A stretch of 64,000 nucleotides of DNA from an uncultured Lentisphaeria bacterium (GCA_964454335.1 CAYVVT010000001.1:432083-496082); one strand, 5' to 3'; positions 1 to 10,177 are shown, counted from the stretch's first letter. Numbers and translations: made by a program. The notes: generated from the letters alone by a model not told the origin.

Positions 1-2157
1 ATCAGGGATACCCGGGATTATCGTGATATTCAGAGTGACCTGGATTGGAATGGCGTATGGGAAGCTGCTGCACAGCGAACAGCAGACCAATGGAGCTTTG
101 AGATGTTCATTCCCTACTCCCAGTTACGCTTTGACAAACGAGACAGCTATACCTGGGGAGTTAACTTCAAGCGCTATATCCTATCCAACGCTGAAAATGA
201 TTATTTCGTCATGGTACCCAAGGATGAAAGTGGTTTTTTCTCTCACTTTGGCTATCTGACTGGCATCAAGGGGATCAAACCACCAGCGCGTCTCTTCATC
301 TCACCCTACGTCATGGCGAAGCAGAATGAATTTGTGGGTGTGAAAAACAGCCCATTCGAGAAAGAATTGCGCACAACCGGCAATCTTGGAGTCGACATCA
401 AATATGGTCTTTCAGGTAATCTTACCCTGGACTTGGCTGTCAATCCTGATTTCGGTCAGGCGGAGGTGGATCCAGCTGTCATCAATCTTTCTGCTTTCGA
501 AACCTATTATTCTGAAAAACGCACCTTCTTTCTGGAGGGTGCCGACATCTTCCGCTTCGGATCGAATCCCACCGGAGGTGTCTGGGGTTGTTGGTGGAGT
601 GGTCCAACCATTTTCTACAGTCGGCGTATCGGACGTCAGCCAGCAGGGAATCCCACACGTTCCGGTGAGGCGTTCATCCCCGAGCAATCAACGATCCTGG
701 GTGCTGCCAAAGTGAGTGGCAAGATCCGGAATTGGTCAGTGGGCAGTATCAGCGCCTTGACCCAGAAAGAATACGCACTGATAGACTCATCTGGAGTACG
801 CCTTGAGAAAGAAGAGATCGAACCCCCGAGCTACTATGGGATATACCGTGGGCTGGGTTCTTTCAATGACGGTCAGCAGGGACTTGGTTTCATCTTCACC
901 CATGTTCATCGTAATCAGGACCAATCCATTCTGACGGATATTAATAACGATCAGGCCGTCGCAGCAGGTGTTGACGGATGGACCTATCTGGGAAAGGACC
1001 AACAGTGGGCCTTTATGGGTAATACCGTCATCTCACAGGTTCAGGGTACCCGAGAACGCGTCTCAGCCTTGCAACAATCCTCAAGTCACTACTATCAGCG
1101 TCCCGATTATGAATCAGTAGACCTCGATACCAATCGTACCAGTCTGAGTGGTTTCGCCAGTCGCTTTGGCTTACGCACCATCGGGGGAAATTTTCATGCC
1201 CAGGCTGCACTGGGGATAAAATCCCCAGGTTTTAACGTCAACGATCTGGGCTACAACTCCCATGGCAATATTATTAACGCGAGTACCGTCGTAGGGTACC
1301 AGTGGCTGGACCCAACCAGTTGGTTCCGCGAACTTCGGTGGTACGGGATGACCTCGCGGAACTTTGACTTCGACGGGAACAGGGTCTTCGCCCAGTACTA
1401 CACAACTGTCAGCCTCCAACTCCTGAATTACTGGTCTATCGGCGGGAATCTGCAAGTCTCACCTGAAGGCCTGGACCTAACCGCAACCCGGGGTGGTCCG
1501 CTACTGGGATACCCGGCGTTTTTAATAACAAACTTTAATTTACACACCGATTCGCGAAAAGATCTGCGCGGTGGTTGTTATGTCAGTTTGATGGATTACA
1601 AGGATGGGAGCTTCAGTCATAGTCTGGGGAGTTGGGTGGTCATCAAGCCGGCTCAATCCTTGAGGATCACGCTCTCGATGGATCTTCGAGACAAGGATGA
1701 TCAACATCATTGGGTTGACAATATCGTTGATGACCAGTCTGTTTATGGCTACCATTACATTTTCTCTGATCTTGATTATACTGAAGTATCGACGTCAGTA
1801 CGGCTTGACTGGGGATTGACCCCCACACTTTCCATACAAGGCTATTTTCAGCCTTTCCTGGCAGTGGCAGATTACCGGAATCCCAAGGAGCTTGCTGAGG
1901 CTGCAAGCTATGAATACAGTCCTTATGCATACGATGATTCTGATCTCGATTTCAACAGCAAATCCTTCCGGGGTAACATGGTACTAAGATGGGAATATCA
2001 ACCCGGTTCACTCCTGTACATTGTGTGGACACAAAACCGGGCTAACTATGATGATCCCGGAGAGTTCGACCTGCGGAGGGATCTGAGGTCACTAAGTGGC
2101 GAGAGATCGGATCACATCTTCTATATCAAGCTTTCACACATGTTCAGTGTACTGTAG
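1..2157 (+). CDS. DUF5916-like secreted carbohydrate-binding/hydrolase-family protein. It is 5' partial: the frame is open back to nt 1.
   Basis: The frame stays open from the window start; the translation ...WSFEMFIPYSQLRFDKRDSYTWGVNFKRY... resembles the large DUF5916-type outer-membrane-associated proteins. Confidence 0.55.
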   Translation: MRDTRDYRDIQSDLDWNGVWEAAAQRTADQWSFEMFIPYSQLRFDKRDSYTWGVNFKRYILSNAENDYFVMVPKDESGFFSHFGYLTGIKGIKPPARLFISPYVMAKQNEFVGVKNSPFEKELRTTGNLGVDIKYGLSGNLTLDLAVNPDFGQAEVDPAVINLSAFETYYSEKRTFFLEGADIFRFGSNPTGGVWGCWWSGPTIFYSRRIGRQPAGNPTRSGEAFIPEQSTILGAAKVSGKIRNWSVGSISALTQKEYALIDSSGVRLEKEEIEPPSYYGIYRGLGSFNDGQQGLGFIFTHVHRNQDQSILTDINNDQAVAAGVDGWTYLGKDQQWAFMGNTVISQVQGTRERVSALQQSSSHYYQRPDYESVDLDTNRTSLSGFASRFGLRTIGGNFHAQAALGIKSPGFNVNDLGYNSHGNIINASTVVGYQWLDPTSWFRELRWYGMTSRNFDFDGNRVFAQYYTTVSLQLLNYWSIGGNLQVSPEGLDLTATRGGPLLGYPAFLITNFNLHTDSRKDLRGGCYVSLMDYKDGSFSHSLGSWVVIKPAQSLRITLSMDLRDKDDQHHWVDNIVDDQSVYGYHYIFSDLDYTEVSTSVRLDWGLTPTLSIQGYFQPFLAVADYRNPKELAEAASYEYSPYAYDDSDLDFNSKSFRGNMVLRWEYQPGSLLYIVWTQNRANYDDPGEFDLRRDLRSLSGERSDHIFYIKLSHMFSVL

Positions 2158-2508
2158 CAACCATGCAGCAATCTTCAATTTTATTCCGGTTGAGAATGGT
2201 CCTGGAAAATATCAATTTCTTGAAAACCTGATTGCAGAGCATTCACCAAGACGATCAGGATGGTATATCTGAAGAAGTATCAATCCTTCTACATGTGTCG
2301 GAGAATTGCATAAGGGGCTGGCGATGGCAATCCCTTTTTACTGCACATTTCGGGACACCCAAGGACACCGATTGTCTGATCACATCATTTGGAGCCTTGA
2401 TTACATACTGCATGTATCTAACTTATTATTTTCAATATCTAGAACTTGTCATGGGACAACGGTGAGTGCAAAGCCAGCCTAATTGATCATATTGATAAAG
2501 GATTAATG

Positions 2509-2928
2509 AAAATGAATTTAGTTTATTCCTATTATGTATTGGACATCGTTCATAAAGGCCATCTGATGATGATGCAAAATGCAAAGGCTGTTGCCGGTCC
2601 GGACGGGAAATTGATTGTGGGTATTTTAACCGATGAAGCGGTTATGGAAAAGAAAGCCAAACCGATCCTATCATTCGAAGAACGGCTGGATCTGGCCAAT
2701 GCCATCAAATATGTTGATGTGGTTGTGGCCCAGGAAACCTATTCACCAATACCCAATGTGAAAAATATTAGACCCGATATTCTGATGGAAAGTTCCAGCC
2801 ATACTCCCGAAGCGATTGAGGAGGCACGGGAAGTAATGGCTGGTATGAACGGACGGGTGATCGTGGTCCCCTATTTTCCGCCTCAATCGTCAAGCGGGAT
2901 CAAGGATCGTGTAAAAAACGAGCATTAA
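2509..2928 (+). CDS. Cytidylyltransferase-like nucleotidyltransferase (TagD/HldE-domain-like, HxGH family).
   Basis: MNLVYSYYVLDIVHKGH carries the (T/H)xGH nucleotidyltransferase motif, and the spacing matches glycerol-3-phosphate cytidylyltransferase-type proteins. The start was chosen at an internal Met of ORF 2446..2928. Confidence 0.6.
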   Translation, partial: KMNLVYSYYVLDIVHKGHLMMMQNAKAVAGPDGKLIVGILTDEAVMEKKAKPILSFEERLDLANAIKYVDVVVAQETYSPIPNVKNIRPDILMESSSHTPEAIEEAREVMAGMNGRVIVVPYFPPQSSSGIKDRVKNEH

Positions 2929-3133
2929 TTATTTGTGTATGATCATATTCGAGTTTTAATAATCAGCGTACTAAAAACGACAACCTCACAAACATTCCAG
3001 AAACATATCCTGATTGAACGATCCATAGAGAAAATCGTAGAATATTCCAACGCCACTTCGTCTTCGGTAACAAGTGTAATCTTAAATCAGTAACATACTT
3101 TTTACGGACCGTAATTCTAACAAGGAGAAATAG

Positions 3134-4405
3134 ATGAGTACCGGCAACCAGACCCAATTGGCACAATGGCAAAAGAAAATGTTCTGGATGATGTGGATAA
3201 CATATGCCGCCTTCTATCTAGGGCGGGTAAATATATCGGTGGCCATGCCTGGCATCGCCGAGGAATTCGGTTTAACGAAAACAAACCTGGGAGTTATTTT
3301 AAGCGCCTTGTTTGCAATGTATGCTATCGGACAGTTTATCAATGGACAGTTGGGCGATAAACTTAATTCCCGGTTAATTATAACTGTTGGACTGCTTACA
3401 TCGGCAATATTGAATGTCTTTATGGGACTCACAGGCGGCATTATCGGTCTGATGGTGGTGGTCTGGGGTCTCAATGGATATTTCCAATCGATGGGCTGGG
3501 GCCCGACAGTGAAAGCTATCGCTAATTGGTTTCCTGGTGGTATTCGGGGAAAGATCTCGGGGCGACTAGGAACCAGTTATATCATTGGTGGAGCTCTGTC
3601 CTGGTTGCTGGCCGGTACAATCATCAAGTATCTTGACTGGCGTGCCACTTTCTGGGTACCAGCGCTGATCATGGCTGTTATTGCTATTCATTGGTATCTC
3701 CGAGCCCGAAATGCACCAGAGGAAATCGGTTTACCCACAGTCGAAGAACAGGAACAGGGCATCGCCCGGACCGAAATCCAGGCCGACGAACATATTGGAT
3801 TTCGAAGAACACTGAAAATAACGCTTAGCAATCCCTATATCTGGTTTGCGGCCTTTGGTTTGTTCGGACTGAATATTGTCCGCTATGGCTTCATGAGCTG
3901 GGCGCCGACATATATGTTTGAAGAACAAGGAGCAACCATCTCCATGGCGGCTTATAAAGCAATTGCTTTTCCAGTAGCCGGTGGTCTTGGCGCTATTCTG
4001 GCCGGCTGGGCTTCCGATAAACTGTTCCAGAATCGACGCGCACCGGTTGCTTTTGTAATGCTGATTGCGTTAGCGGTTTTGTGTTATCTGTATCGGATCG
4101 TGCCTGGTGATAATTGGATCATAAGCCTGATCATCCTGCTGTTTATTGGCTTTTTCACATTTGGTCCTCATATACTGATCGTGGCCGCCTTGCCAGCAGA
4201 TCTGGGGTCACGTAAAGCCGCCTCTTCGGTCACCGGATTCATCGATGCCATGGGTTATGCCGGTGCCAGTATTACCGGAGTTGGAACCGGTTATCTGATC
4301 GATAGGTTCAGCTGGGATGCCGCCTTTAATTTTTGGATCTTAGGCGCTATCATGGCAGCTGGAATGATGATATTTGTCTGGAAACATGAACTTAAAAGAG
4401 TTTAG
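3134..4405 (+). CDS. MFS transporter of the organophosphate:Pi antiporter (GlpT/UhpC-like) family.
   Basis: YLGRVNISVAMP is a GlpT/UhpT-type N-terminal motif; the protein has 12 TM-like segments; a strong AAGGAG RBS lies upstream. Confidence 0.8.
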   Translation: MSTGNQTQLAQWQKKMFWMMWITYAAFYLGRVNISVAMPGIAEEFGLTKTNLGVILSALFAMYAIGQFINGQLGDKLNSRLIITVGLLTSAILNVFMGLTGGIIGLMVVVWGLNGYFQSMGWGPTVKAIANWFPGGIRGKISGRLGTSYIIGGALSWLLAGTIIKYLDWRATFWVPALIMAVIAIHWYLRARNAPEEIGLPTVEEQEQGIARTEIQADEHIGFRRTLKITLSNPYIWFAAFGLFGLNIVRYGFMSWAPTYMFEEQGATISMAAYKAIAFPVAGGLGAILAGWASDKLFQNRRAPVAFVMLIALAVLCYLYRIVPGDNWIISLIILLFIGFFTFGPHILIVAALPADLGSRKAASSVTGFIDAMGYAGASITGVGTGYLIDRFSWDAAFNFWILGAIMAAGMMIFVWKHELKRV

Positions 4406-5477
4406 TAAAGGACTTAATCAATTGAGAAAAGTAAGCATGCTGGTCAGTGTATTCTGTTTGAACCTGGGCCTGGTGGAAACACTCTCAGCCCAAGCCACCT
4501 TCCAGTTTACGATTCAATCCTGGGGTACATATACAACTTATGACAGATATGAATTGAATGCAGACTCATCAGCCCTGGTATTGGATGAAACGACCACACA
4601 ATTGGGTGCTGGAATTCGCAGAGCTCGCCTGAGAGGCAAAATGACCAAAGGCAAGGTCGACGCATTTATTCAGTATGATGCACTCTCTGCATACGTGGTG
4701 GACGCCCAGATAGATTATAATTTCAATGACAATTTTAAAATGAGACTGGGGCGCTTTGTAGGCGCCGGCAGCCAAGCAGGAGGGCACACATCCCATACAG
4801 CCATTGATTTTGCTGAAAGATCAATGGTCGGTAGATTGTGGGCCAGTGCAGTGAGCCGTTCAGATTATAGAACTTACGGGATGGCTGTAATTGGAAAATT
4901 CAACAACCTCAACTACCAGATATTGGCTCAAAATGGTGATGGTTCATTAAACCTCAAGCCGTATGGTACATCATCAAGTCACTCGGATGAGGATACTGGC
5001 AGCATTCCGCAGTTGGATTTTGCAGTGTCAACAGCCATTGGGGATGCGATAAATATCGGTCTGCACTATGGCTTACCAAATGCGGATCGTGTTAATGTCT
5101 CTTCGGCAACCGGGTTCTTATATTTTAAACCGAACAATTACGCCAAAGGGAAATTCAGAGGAAAGTTTGATTTTGCACAGGTAGTGAATCATGCAAGCGA
5201 CCAGGCAGCCACCTCCCTGGGATGGGGTGTGGGTTGTTTTTATAGATTGTCATCAAACATGGAATTGGGAGCTGGTTTTCAACAGTGGGATCCAAGTACA
5301 GATACAGAAAATGATGCTTTCGGTAATATCCTGATCGGTGCTACATACTCGCCTGATCCGGATCAATGGAAAGACTCTCTATTTAAATTGATTGCTACTT
5401 TCAAAACATCTGAAGTTGAAAATGAACCACTCGATCCACTGGTGATCCATCTTGTATGGCAAGCATATATGCATTAA
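4386..5477 (+). CDS. Outer-membrane porin-like beta-barrel protein, possibly a phosphate/anion-selective porin.
   Basis: It has a signal peptide (MNLKEFSKGLNQLRKVSMLVSVFCLNLGLVETLSAQA), alternating amphipathic beta-strand character and an aromatic C-terminus. Confidence 0.45.
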   Translation: MNLKEFSKGLNQLRKVSMLVSVFCLNLGLVETLSAQATFQFTIQSWGTYTTYDRYELNADSSALVLDETTTQLGAGIRRARLRGKMTKGKVDAFIQYDALSAYVVDAQIDYNFNDNFKMRLGRFVGAGSQAGGHTSHTAIDFAERSMVGRLWASAVSRSDYRTYGMAVIGKFNNLNYQILAQNGDGSLNLKPYGTSSSHSDEDTGSIPQLDFAVSTAIGDAINIGLHYGLPNADRVNVSSATGFLYFKPNNYAKGKFRGKFDFAQVVNHASDQAATSLGWGVGCFYRLSSNMELGAGFQQWDPSTDTENDAFGNILIGATYSPDPDQWKDSLFKLIATFKTSEVENEPLDPLVIHLVWQAYMH

Positions 5478-5673
5478 GTACTGGATGAATTCACAATAGT
5501 TCTTCTCCAGATCCTCAAATTGGGTCGAGGCAATGGAACTTGTAGATAAAAGAAATATTTACAAGCGTCTCCAGAAATAACACATAATCCTCCAAAGCCA
5601 GCGCTGAGACTTTGATCTCCCACATTCTTTCACGATACTTTAACTGTATCCAGCAAAAGTACCCGGGAACGGT

Positions 5674-6249
5674 ATGGGACCTTTCAACTGCCCTGAATGC
5701 AAACAATCCCTGGACCAGAAGAAAATGTGGCAATCCCGCTACAAGTGCCCGGAATGCTCCGCAGATCTGAGTGAGTTATTCGTCGAGGAATCCATTCTTA
5801 CACCTCCCTACGATTGGGACAAGGTGGATGCCGGAGAACACTCCATCCTGAAGTCAGAGTTGGAGCAGAAAGAGACAGAGCCGGAGGTAGACACTGGAAT
5901 CATCTCTGCCGTGAAGGCGAAACGTCCGTGGACGGATCCCTGGGTTCTGGGCAGAACCATTCCTGTCGCCCTGCTGATCCTGGCTGTTCTGAATATGCCG
6001 CCCTGGTATTACTATCCTGTTCTACGTGTTGTCGTATCCCTTACAGCAGCGGTGGCAGCCTATATCTCACTGGTCACCGGACTGGTAAGACCCATGATCG
6101 TGTGGGGGGTCCTGGCAATCTTTTACAATCCGATCTCACCCATTTTCATCTTCACCAGGCAGACCTGGGTATTCATCCACCTGGTCTCGGCGATCCTGTT
6201 CATGTTCCTGCCTTACAACGGTTCTTCTGCTAGTCTGAAACGGCAGTAA
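5674..6249 (+). CDS. Hypothetical membrane protein with an N-terminal zinc ribbon (CPEC...CPEC) and 3-4 C-terminal TM helices.
   Basis: Two CxxC pairs at the N-terminus are followed by hydrophobic segments; there is no recognisable family. Confidence 0.4.
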   Translation: MGPFNCPECKQSLDQKKMWQSRYKCPECSADLSELFVEESILTPPYDWDKVDAGEHSILKSELEQKETEPEVDTGIISAVKAKRPWTDPWVLGRTIPVALLILAVLNMPPWYYYPVLRVVVSLTAAVAAYISLVTGLVRPMIVWGVLAIFYNPISPIFIFTRQTWVFIHLVSAILFMFLPYNGSSASLKRQ

Positions 6250-6373
6250 AACACCTCTGTTCCGAGACATTTTACATACAGAAGATTGTTAATATTCTAG
6301 CCGCATTCATCCCCAATGGCAAAATCTGTAGTGATTGCCATTACGCAATTCTCGTTTTTCTAATTCCAGAATC

Positions 6374-6652
6374 ATGCTAGCATCAGCGTATGTGGTGGAA
6401 GTCGCACCGCCTTTGGCGTTGCTTACAGCAGAACGCTCCCTTGCGGAATCGTTCTGCACTGAATGCGTGCTTAACTCGGAACATATGCTAGCATCAGCGT
6501 ATGTGGTGGAAGTCGTAAAATGCCTCTGCTCAGAGGCATTTTACTTACAGAAGAATGCACCCATTTCGGCTGCATTCTTCCCAACAGAAACGAACTGCAA
6601 AGATAACTGGCTTGTTTCGCCGTATATACTAGCCTTGAATTATGTGGTGGAA
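6374..6652 (+). promoter_or_regulatory. Three spaced direct repeats (atgctagcat...tatgtggtggaa) plus a perfect hairpin, upstream of and overlapping the start of the ABC exporter operon.
   Basis: The 31-nt repeat atgctagcatcagcgtatgtggtggaagtcg occurs at 6374 and 6485, and a partial copy lies at 6631-6652 overlapping the ABC gene ATG. The hairpin aaaatgcctctg-ctc-cagaggcatttt is at 6517-6544. Confidence 0.5.
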
Positions 6653-8432
6653 TGAGGATTTTGGGCAGGAGGGTGACAGCTATCGGACTTACTCTTTCCG
6701 GGAGTTGGTCAGGGGTGTCTATCCCTATGTAAAGCCCTACAACCGGATCTTCTTCTTCGCGCTGGGCTGGGCTTTTTTCGGGGTGCTGCTGGTGCTGTTG
6801 CAGCCCCTGATCCTCAAGCACATCATCGACAGCAATATTCCGAATCAGGATTTTCGCGCTCTGACCATCTCTGCGGGGCTCTACCTGGGAACCATGATAT
6901 TGTCGGCCATCTTCGGCTTCTACAGCAACTGGATGGCCCAGAAAGCCGGAACCTATGCGGTGAACGATCTCAAGGTCTCACTCTTTGCTCATGTATTGAA
7001 ACTTGGACTACCCTTCGCGGAGTCCACCGCCGTGGGGAAACTGGTAAGCCGCATCGAGGCGGATCCCCAACGCATCATCGCAGTGACCTCCACCATGGCC
7101 CAACGGCTGCTCATGAGTTTCGGGATGATCATCGGGGCCTTCGTGATCCTGGCCTCGGTGGATGTGCGCTTTCTCATCATCACCCTGGCCGTCTTTCCCG
7201 TCGTCATCATCGGGGCCTGGTGGTCCTTCAGCTATTTCCGGCCCTGGTGGCGCAAGGACCGAGAGAAGTTCTCGGAAATGCTGGGAGTGCTGGCGGAGTT
7301 CGTTCGGGCCGCCGGGATCCTGCAGGTGTTCAACCGCACCGGCTGGGCAATCAACCGGGTCAGGAAAGCAACCCAGGACTTCAACCGCTTCAGCATCAAG
7401 GTGAGCTGGGTGAACTACGGCATCTTCCAGGGTCTGGGCTTCATGGAGGTGGCCGCCACGGTGATCGTCCTCATCTTTGGCGTGAAATGGGTGAATGAAG
7501 GAACGCTGACGGTGGGTGCCCTGGTGCTCTTCGCCCAGTACATCGCCCAGATCTACTGGCCCATCTGGATCTTCACAGAACAGATCGCCCAGCTGCAGTC
7601 CGCCGGAGGAGCGGCCGACCGTATTTTCTCTACCCTGGAATCAGATCCCTATATCGAATCCCCTGATGATCCAAAACCGTTGCCGGATATCATCGAAAGT
7701 ATTCGCTTCCAGAATGTCAGCTTCGGCTATGATGATGAGACCACCGTCATCGAGGATATGAGTTTTGAGATCAAGGGCGGTGACCAGATCGCCTTCGTGG
7801 GACCTACCGGCGGCGGTAAGTCAACGGTGATCAATCTGCTGTGCCGTTTCCGGGATCCGTATGATGGGCGCATCCTGCTGAATGGTATCGACATCCAGGA
7901 TTTTGATGTAGCTGAATACCGCCGACGATTCGGATTGGTGCTCCAGGACCTGTTCCTGTTCCCGGCGCCCATCGAAGAGAATCTCCGGGCATTCAGGGAG
8001 GAGATCCCACAGGCCAAACTGGAGGATGCTGCCCACCTCACGGACATCCATAATGCCATTCTCACCAAAAAAGAAGGCTATCAGATGGTTCTCAAAGAAA
8101 GCGGTGAGGGATTCTCCTACGGCCAGCGGCAGTTGATGGCCTTTGCCCGGGCACTCACGGTTCAACCCCAGATCCTGGTACTGGACGAAGCCACCTCCTC
8201 TGTGGACCCCGGCACAGAATTGCGTATCCAGGCCACCCTCAAGAAGCTCACCGAGAACCGGACCTCCTTCCTGGTGGCGCACCGCCTGAGCACCATCCGT
8301 CGAGCCACACGGATCATGGTCATCGAGGACGGCAGGATCGTGGAATCCGGCAGTCACGAAGAACTGCTTGAGCAGGATGGTGTCTATGCCGACCTGCTGG
8401 CTCATGCCGATCCGGACAGGGAGATGCTCTGA
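6642..8432 (+). CDS. ABC exporter, fused permease-ATPase. This is subunit 1 of a heterodimer and carries a degenerate signature (FSYGQ).
   Basis: Six N-terminal TM segments; Walker A GPTGGGKST; Walker B ILVLDEATS; H-loop present; the ABC signature reads FSYGQRQ instead of LSGGQ. Confidence 0.9.
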   Translation: MWWNEDFGQEGDSYRTYSFRELVRGVYPYVKPYNRIFFFALGWAFFGVLLVLLQPLILKHIIDSNIPNQDFRALTISAGLYLGTMILSAIFGFYSNWMAQKAGTYAVNDLKVSLFAHVLKLGLPFAESTAVGKLVSRIEADPQRIIAVTSTMAQRLLMSFGMIIGAFVILASVDVRFLIITLAVFPVVIIGAWWSFSYFRPWWRKDREKFSEMLGVLAEFVRAAGILQVFNRTGWAINRVRKATQDFNRFSIKVSWVNYGIFQGLGFMEVAATVIVLIFGVKWVNEGTLTVGALVLFAQYIAQIYWPIWIFTEQIAQLQSAGGAADRIFSTLESDPYIESPDDPKPLPDIIESIRFQNVSFGYDDETTVIEDMSFEIKGGDQIAFVGPTGGGKSTVINLLCRFRDPYDGRILLNGIDIQDFDVAEYRRRFGLVLQDLFLFPAPIEENLRAFREEIPQAKLEDAAHLTDIHNAILTKKEGYQMVLKESGEGFSYGQRQLMAFARALTVQPQILVLDEATSSVDPGTELRIQATLKKLTENRTSFLVAHRLSTIRRATRIMVIEDGRIVESGSHEELLEQDGVYADLLAHADPDREML

Positions 8433-10153
8433 TGGCCATCATGACCGCCACCAGACACGTCCTGGGCTGGTTCAGTCCATACTGGCGGAAACGCTGGAAG
8501 GGCATGCTGGGTCTCGTGGGTATCACCGTGGTCAGTATCGCCCTGGGAACGGCCTATCCCGTGATCTTCAAGTTCGTCATCGATTCGCTGGTGGAAGGAC
8601 AGAGCACAACAGACGTCCGATTCTTTGTCTGGCTGATCCTCATCGTAGGTGTGGCCAGAACCATTACCCGCTGGATCCTGCCGTCTTCACGCTATATGAT
8701 GAACCTCCTCATCGGGATGGACATAAAACTCTTTCATTTTGACAATCTGCTTAAAAAGGATCCGGCCTTCTTCGGACGTTACCGTTCCGGGGATCTCATC
8801 ACCCGCTTTTCGGACGATATCGACGGGGAGATCAAGCTGAACTGGTTTGCCGCCTCCGGTGTCATGCGGCCCATCGAGGCAGGTTTCACCCTGCTGTTCT
8901 CCATCGGCGTCATGCTGCTGCTGCACTGGAAGCTTACCCTGCTGGCCATCGCGCCGCTGCCCTTCATCGTGTGGATCATGAGCAAGACCGAGCACATGCA
9001 GCACACAGCCTATACCCGCCGGCAGGAGACCATCTCATTGACGAACAACATCCTGGAAAGCGCTTTCTCCGGGATCCGCATCGTCATCGGTTTCGTCATG
9101 GAGCAGGCCCAGGAGAAGCTGTTCAGAGCCAACATGGAAGAACGCAAAAAGGCCGAGGAACGGGTGATCTTCACCCGCTCCATCCTGGAGAGCGTGGGCA
9201 GTCTCATCAATCAGGTGGGGCTGGTGGTGGTGCTATTCGTGGGCGGCTTCTATGTCATCAATGGCGGCATCACGCTGGGGGATTTCTATGCCTTCATCGC
9301 CTATATGACGGGCATCACCGAACCCATCTGGACCATCTCCTGGTTCTTTGTCTCTCTCAAAATGGCAGAAACCTCTGTTGAACGCCTGGAGGAGATCGAG
9401 CAAAGTGAGAACCGTAAGGAGCGGTCAGGTCATTTTGCTGAGGAACAGAAGAAAATTAAACTCGAGGTGAATGACCTGCATTTCAGATTCCCGGAGGACA
9501 AGAAGTCCGTGATCAACGGTGTGAGCTTCAAGGCAAAAGCTGGGGAGAAGATCGGGATCGTTGGAGAGGTGGGTTCCGGGAAGACGGTCCTGCTCAAACT
9601 GATCTCGGGCTGGTTCTCACCGGATGTGGGCCGGGTGAATGTGAATGGCTATGAACTGGATGCCCTGGATGACGAGGCTCGGGCAGGAACAGTCGGATAT
9701 GTACCCCAGGACATTGAACTCTTCAGCGGGACCGTGGCGGATAACATCACCATGGGTCGCGAGGGTTTTCAGAGTCTGGAATCCGTGAATGAGATCGCCG
9801 TCATCGGTGAGGAGCTGGATCCGGAGAAGAAGCTGGAGCAGGGCGGTGTAGGTCTCAGTGGGGGACAACGCGCTCGAGTTGCGCTGGCGCGGGCGTTTTT
9901 CGGTGATACGCCGGTGTATATTTTCGATGATGTGACCTCGGCGCTGGATCTCAATACGGAGAAGATCCTGTGGCGGAACATCAACAGCTCTTACGTTAAT
10001 GCTCTGTTCCTGGTCGCCACACATCGGGAGGCAACAGCAGCCGAGATGGATCGGATCGTGTGGATCCGGGATGGGGAGATCTTTTGTGAGGGTGTGCATG
10101 AGGAGCTCCTGGCGGAGCAGCCGGGGTATCGGTCACTGTTTGCCCACGAGTAG
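8432..10153 (+). CDS. ABC exporter, fused permease-ATPase. This is subunit 2 of the heterodimer; its Walker B has DD in place of DE.
   Basis: Walker A GEVGSGKT; signature LSGGQRARV; Walker B VYIFDDVTSALD with the catalytic Glu replaced by Asp. The start overlaps the stop of the upstream gene (TGATG). Confidence 0.9.
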   Translation: MAIMTATRHVLGWFSPYWRKRWKGMLGLVGITVVSIALGTAYPVIFKFVIDSLVEGQSTTDVRFFVWLILIVGVARTITRWILPSSRYMMNLLIGMDIKLFHFDNLLKKDPAFFGRYRSGDLITRFSDDIDGEIKLNWFAASGVMRPIEAGFTLLFSIGVMLLLHWKLTLLAIAPLPFIVWIMSKTEHMQHTAYTRRQETISLTNNILESAFSGIRIVIGFVMEQAQEKLFRANMEERKKAEERVIFTRSILESVGSLINQVGLVVVLFVGGFYVINGGITLGDFYAFIAYMTGITEPIWTISWFFVSLKMAETSVERLEEIEQSENRKERSGHFAEEQKKIKLEVNDLHFRFPEDKKSVINGVSFKAKAGEKIGIVGEVGSGKTVLLKLISGWFSPDVGRVNVNGYELDALDDEARAGTVGYVPQDIELFSGTVADNITMGREGFQSLESVNEIAVIGEELDPEKKLEQGGVGLSGGQRARVALARAFFGDTPVYIFDDVTSALDLNTEKILWRNINSSYVNALFLVATHREATAAEMDRIVWIRDGEIFCEGVHEELLAEQPGYRSLFAHE

Positions 10154-10177
10154 GTTCAAACCTCCCAACGCACAAAT

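Noticed and set aside
6335-6655. Possible tandem RiPP or bacteriocin precursor peptides (MLASAYVVEV... twice, Cys-containing) upstream of the ABC exporters and the radical SAM gene
   Set aside because: The two copies lie in one uninterrupted 106-codon frame with no RBS and no stop between them, and the identity is at nucleotide level (31/31). The ABC proteins lack a C39 peptidase domain, and the radical SAM enzyme looks like an AmmeMemo/PFL-activase type rather than a SPASM maturase. I kept this as a regulatory-repeat finding instead.
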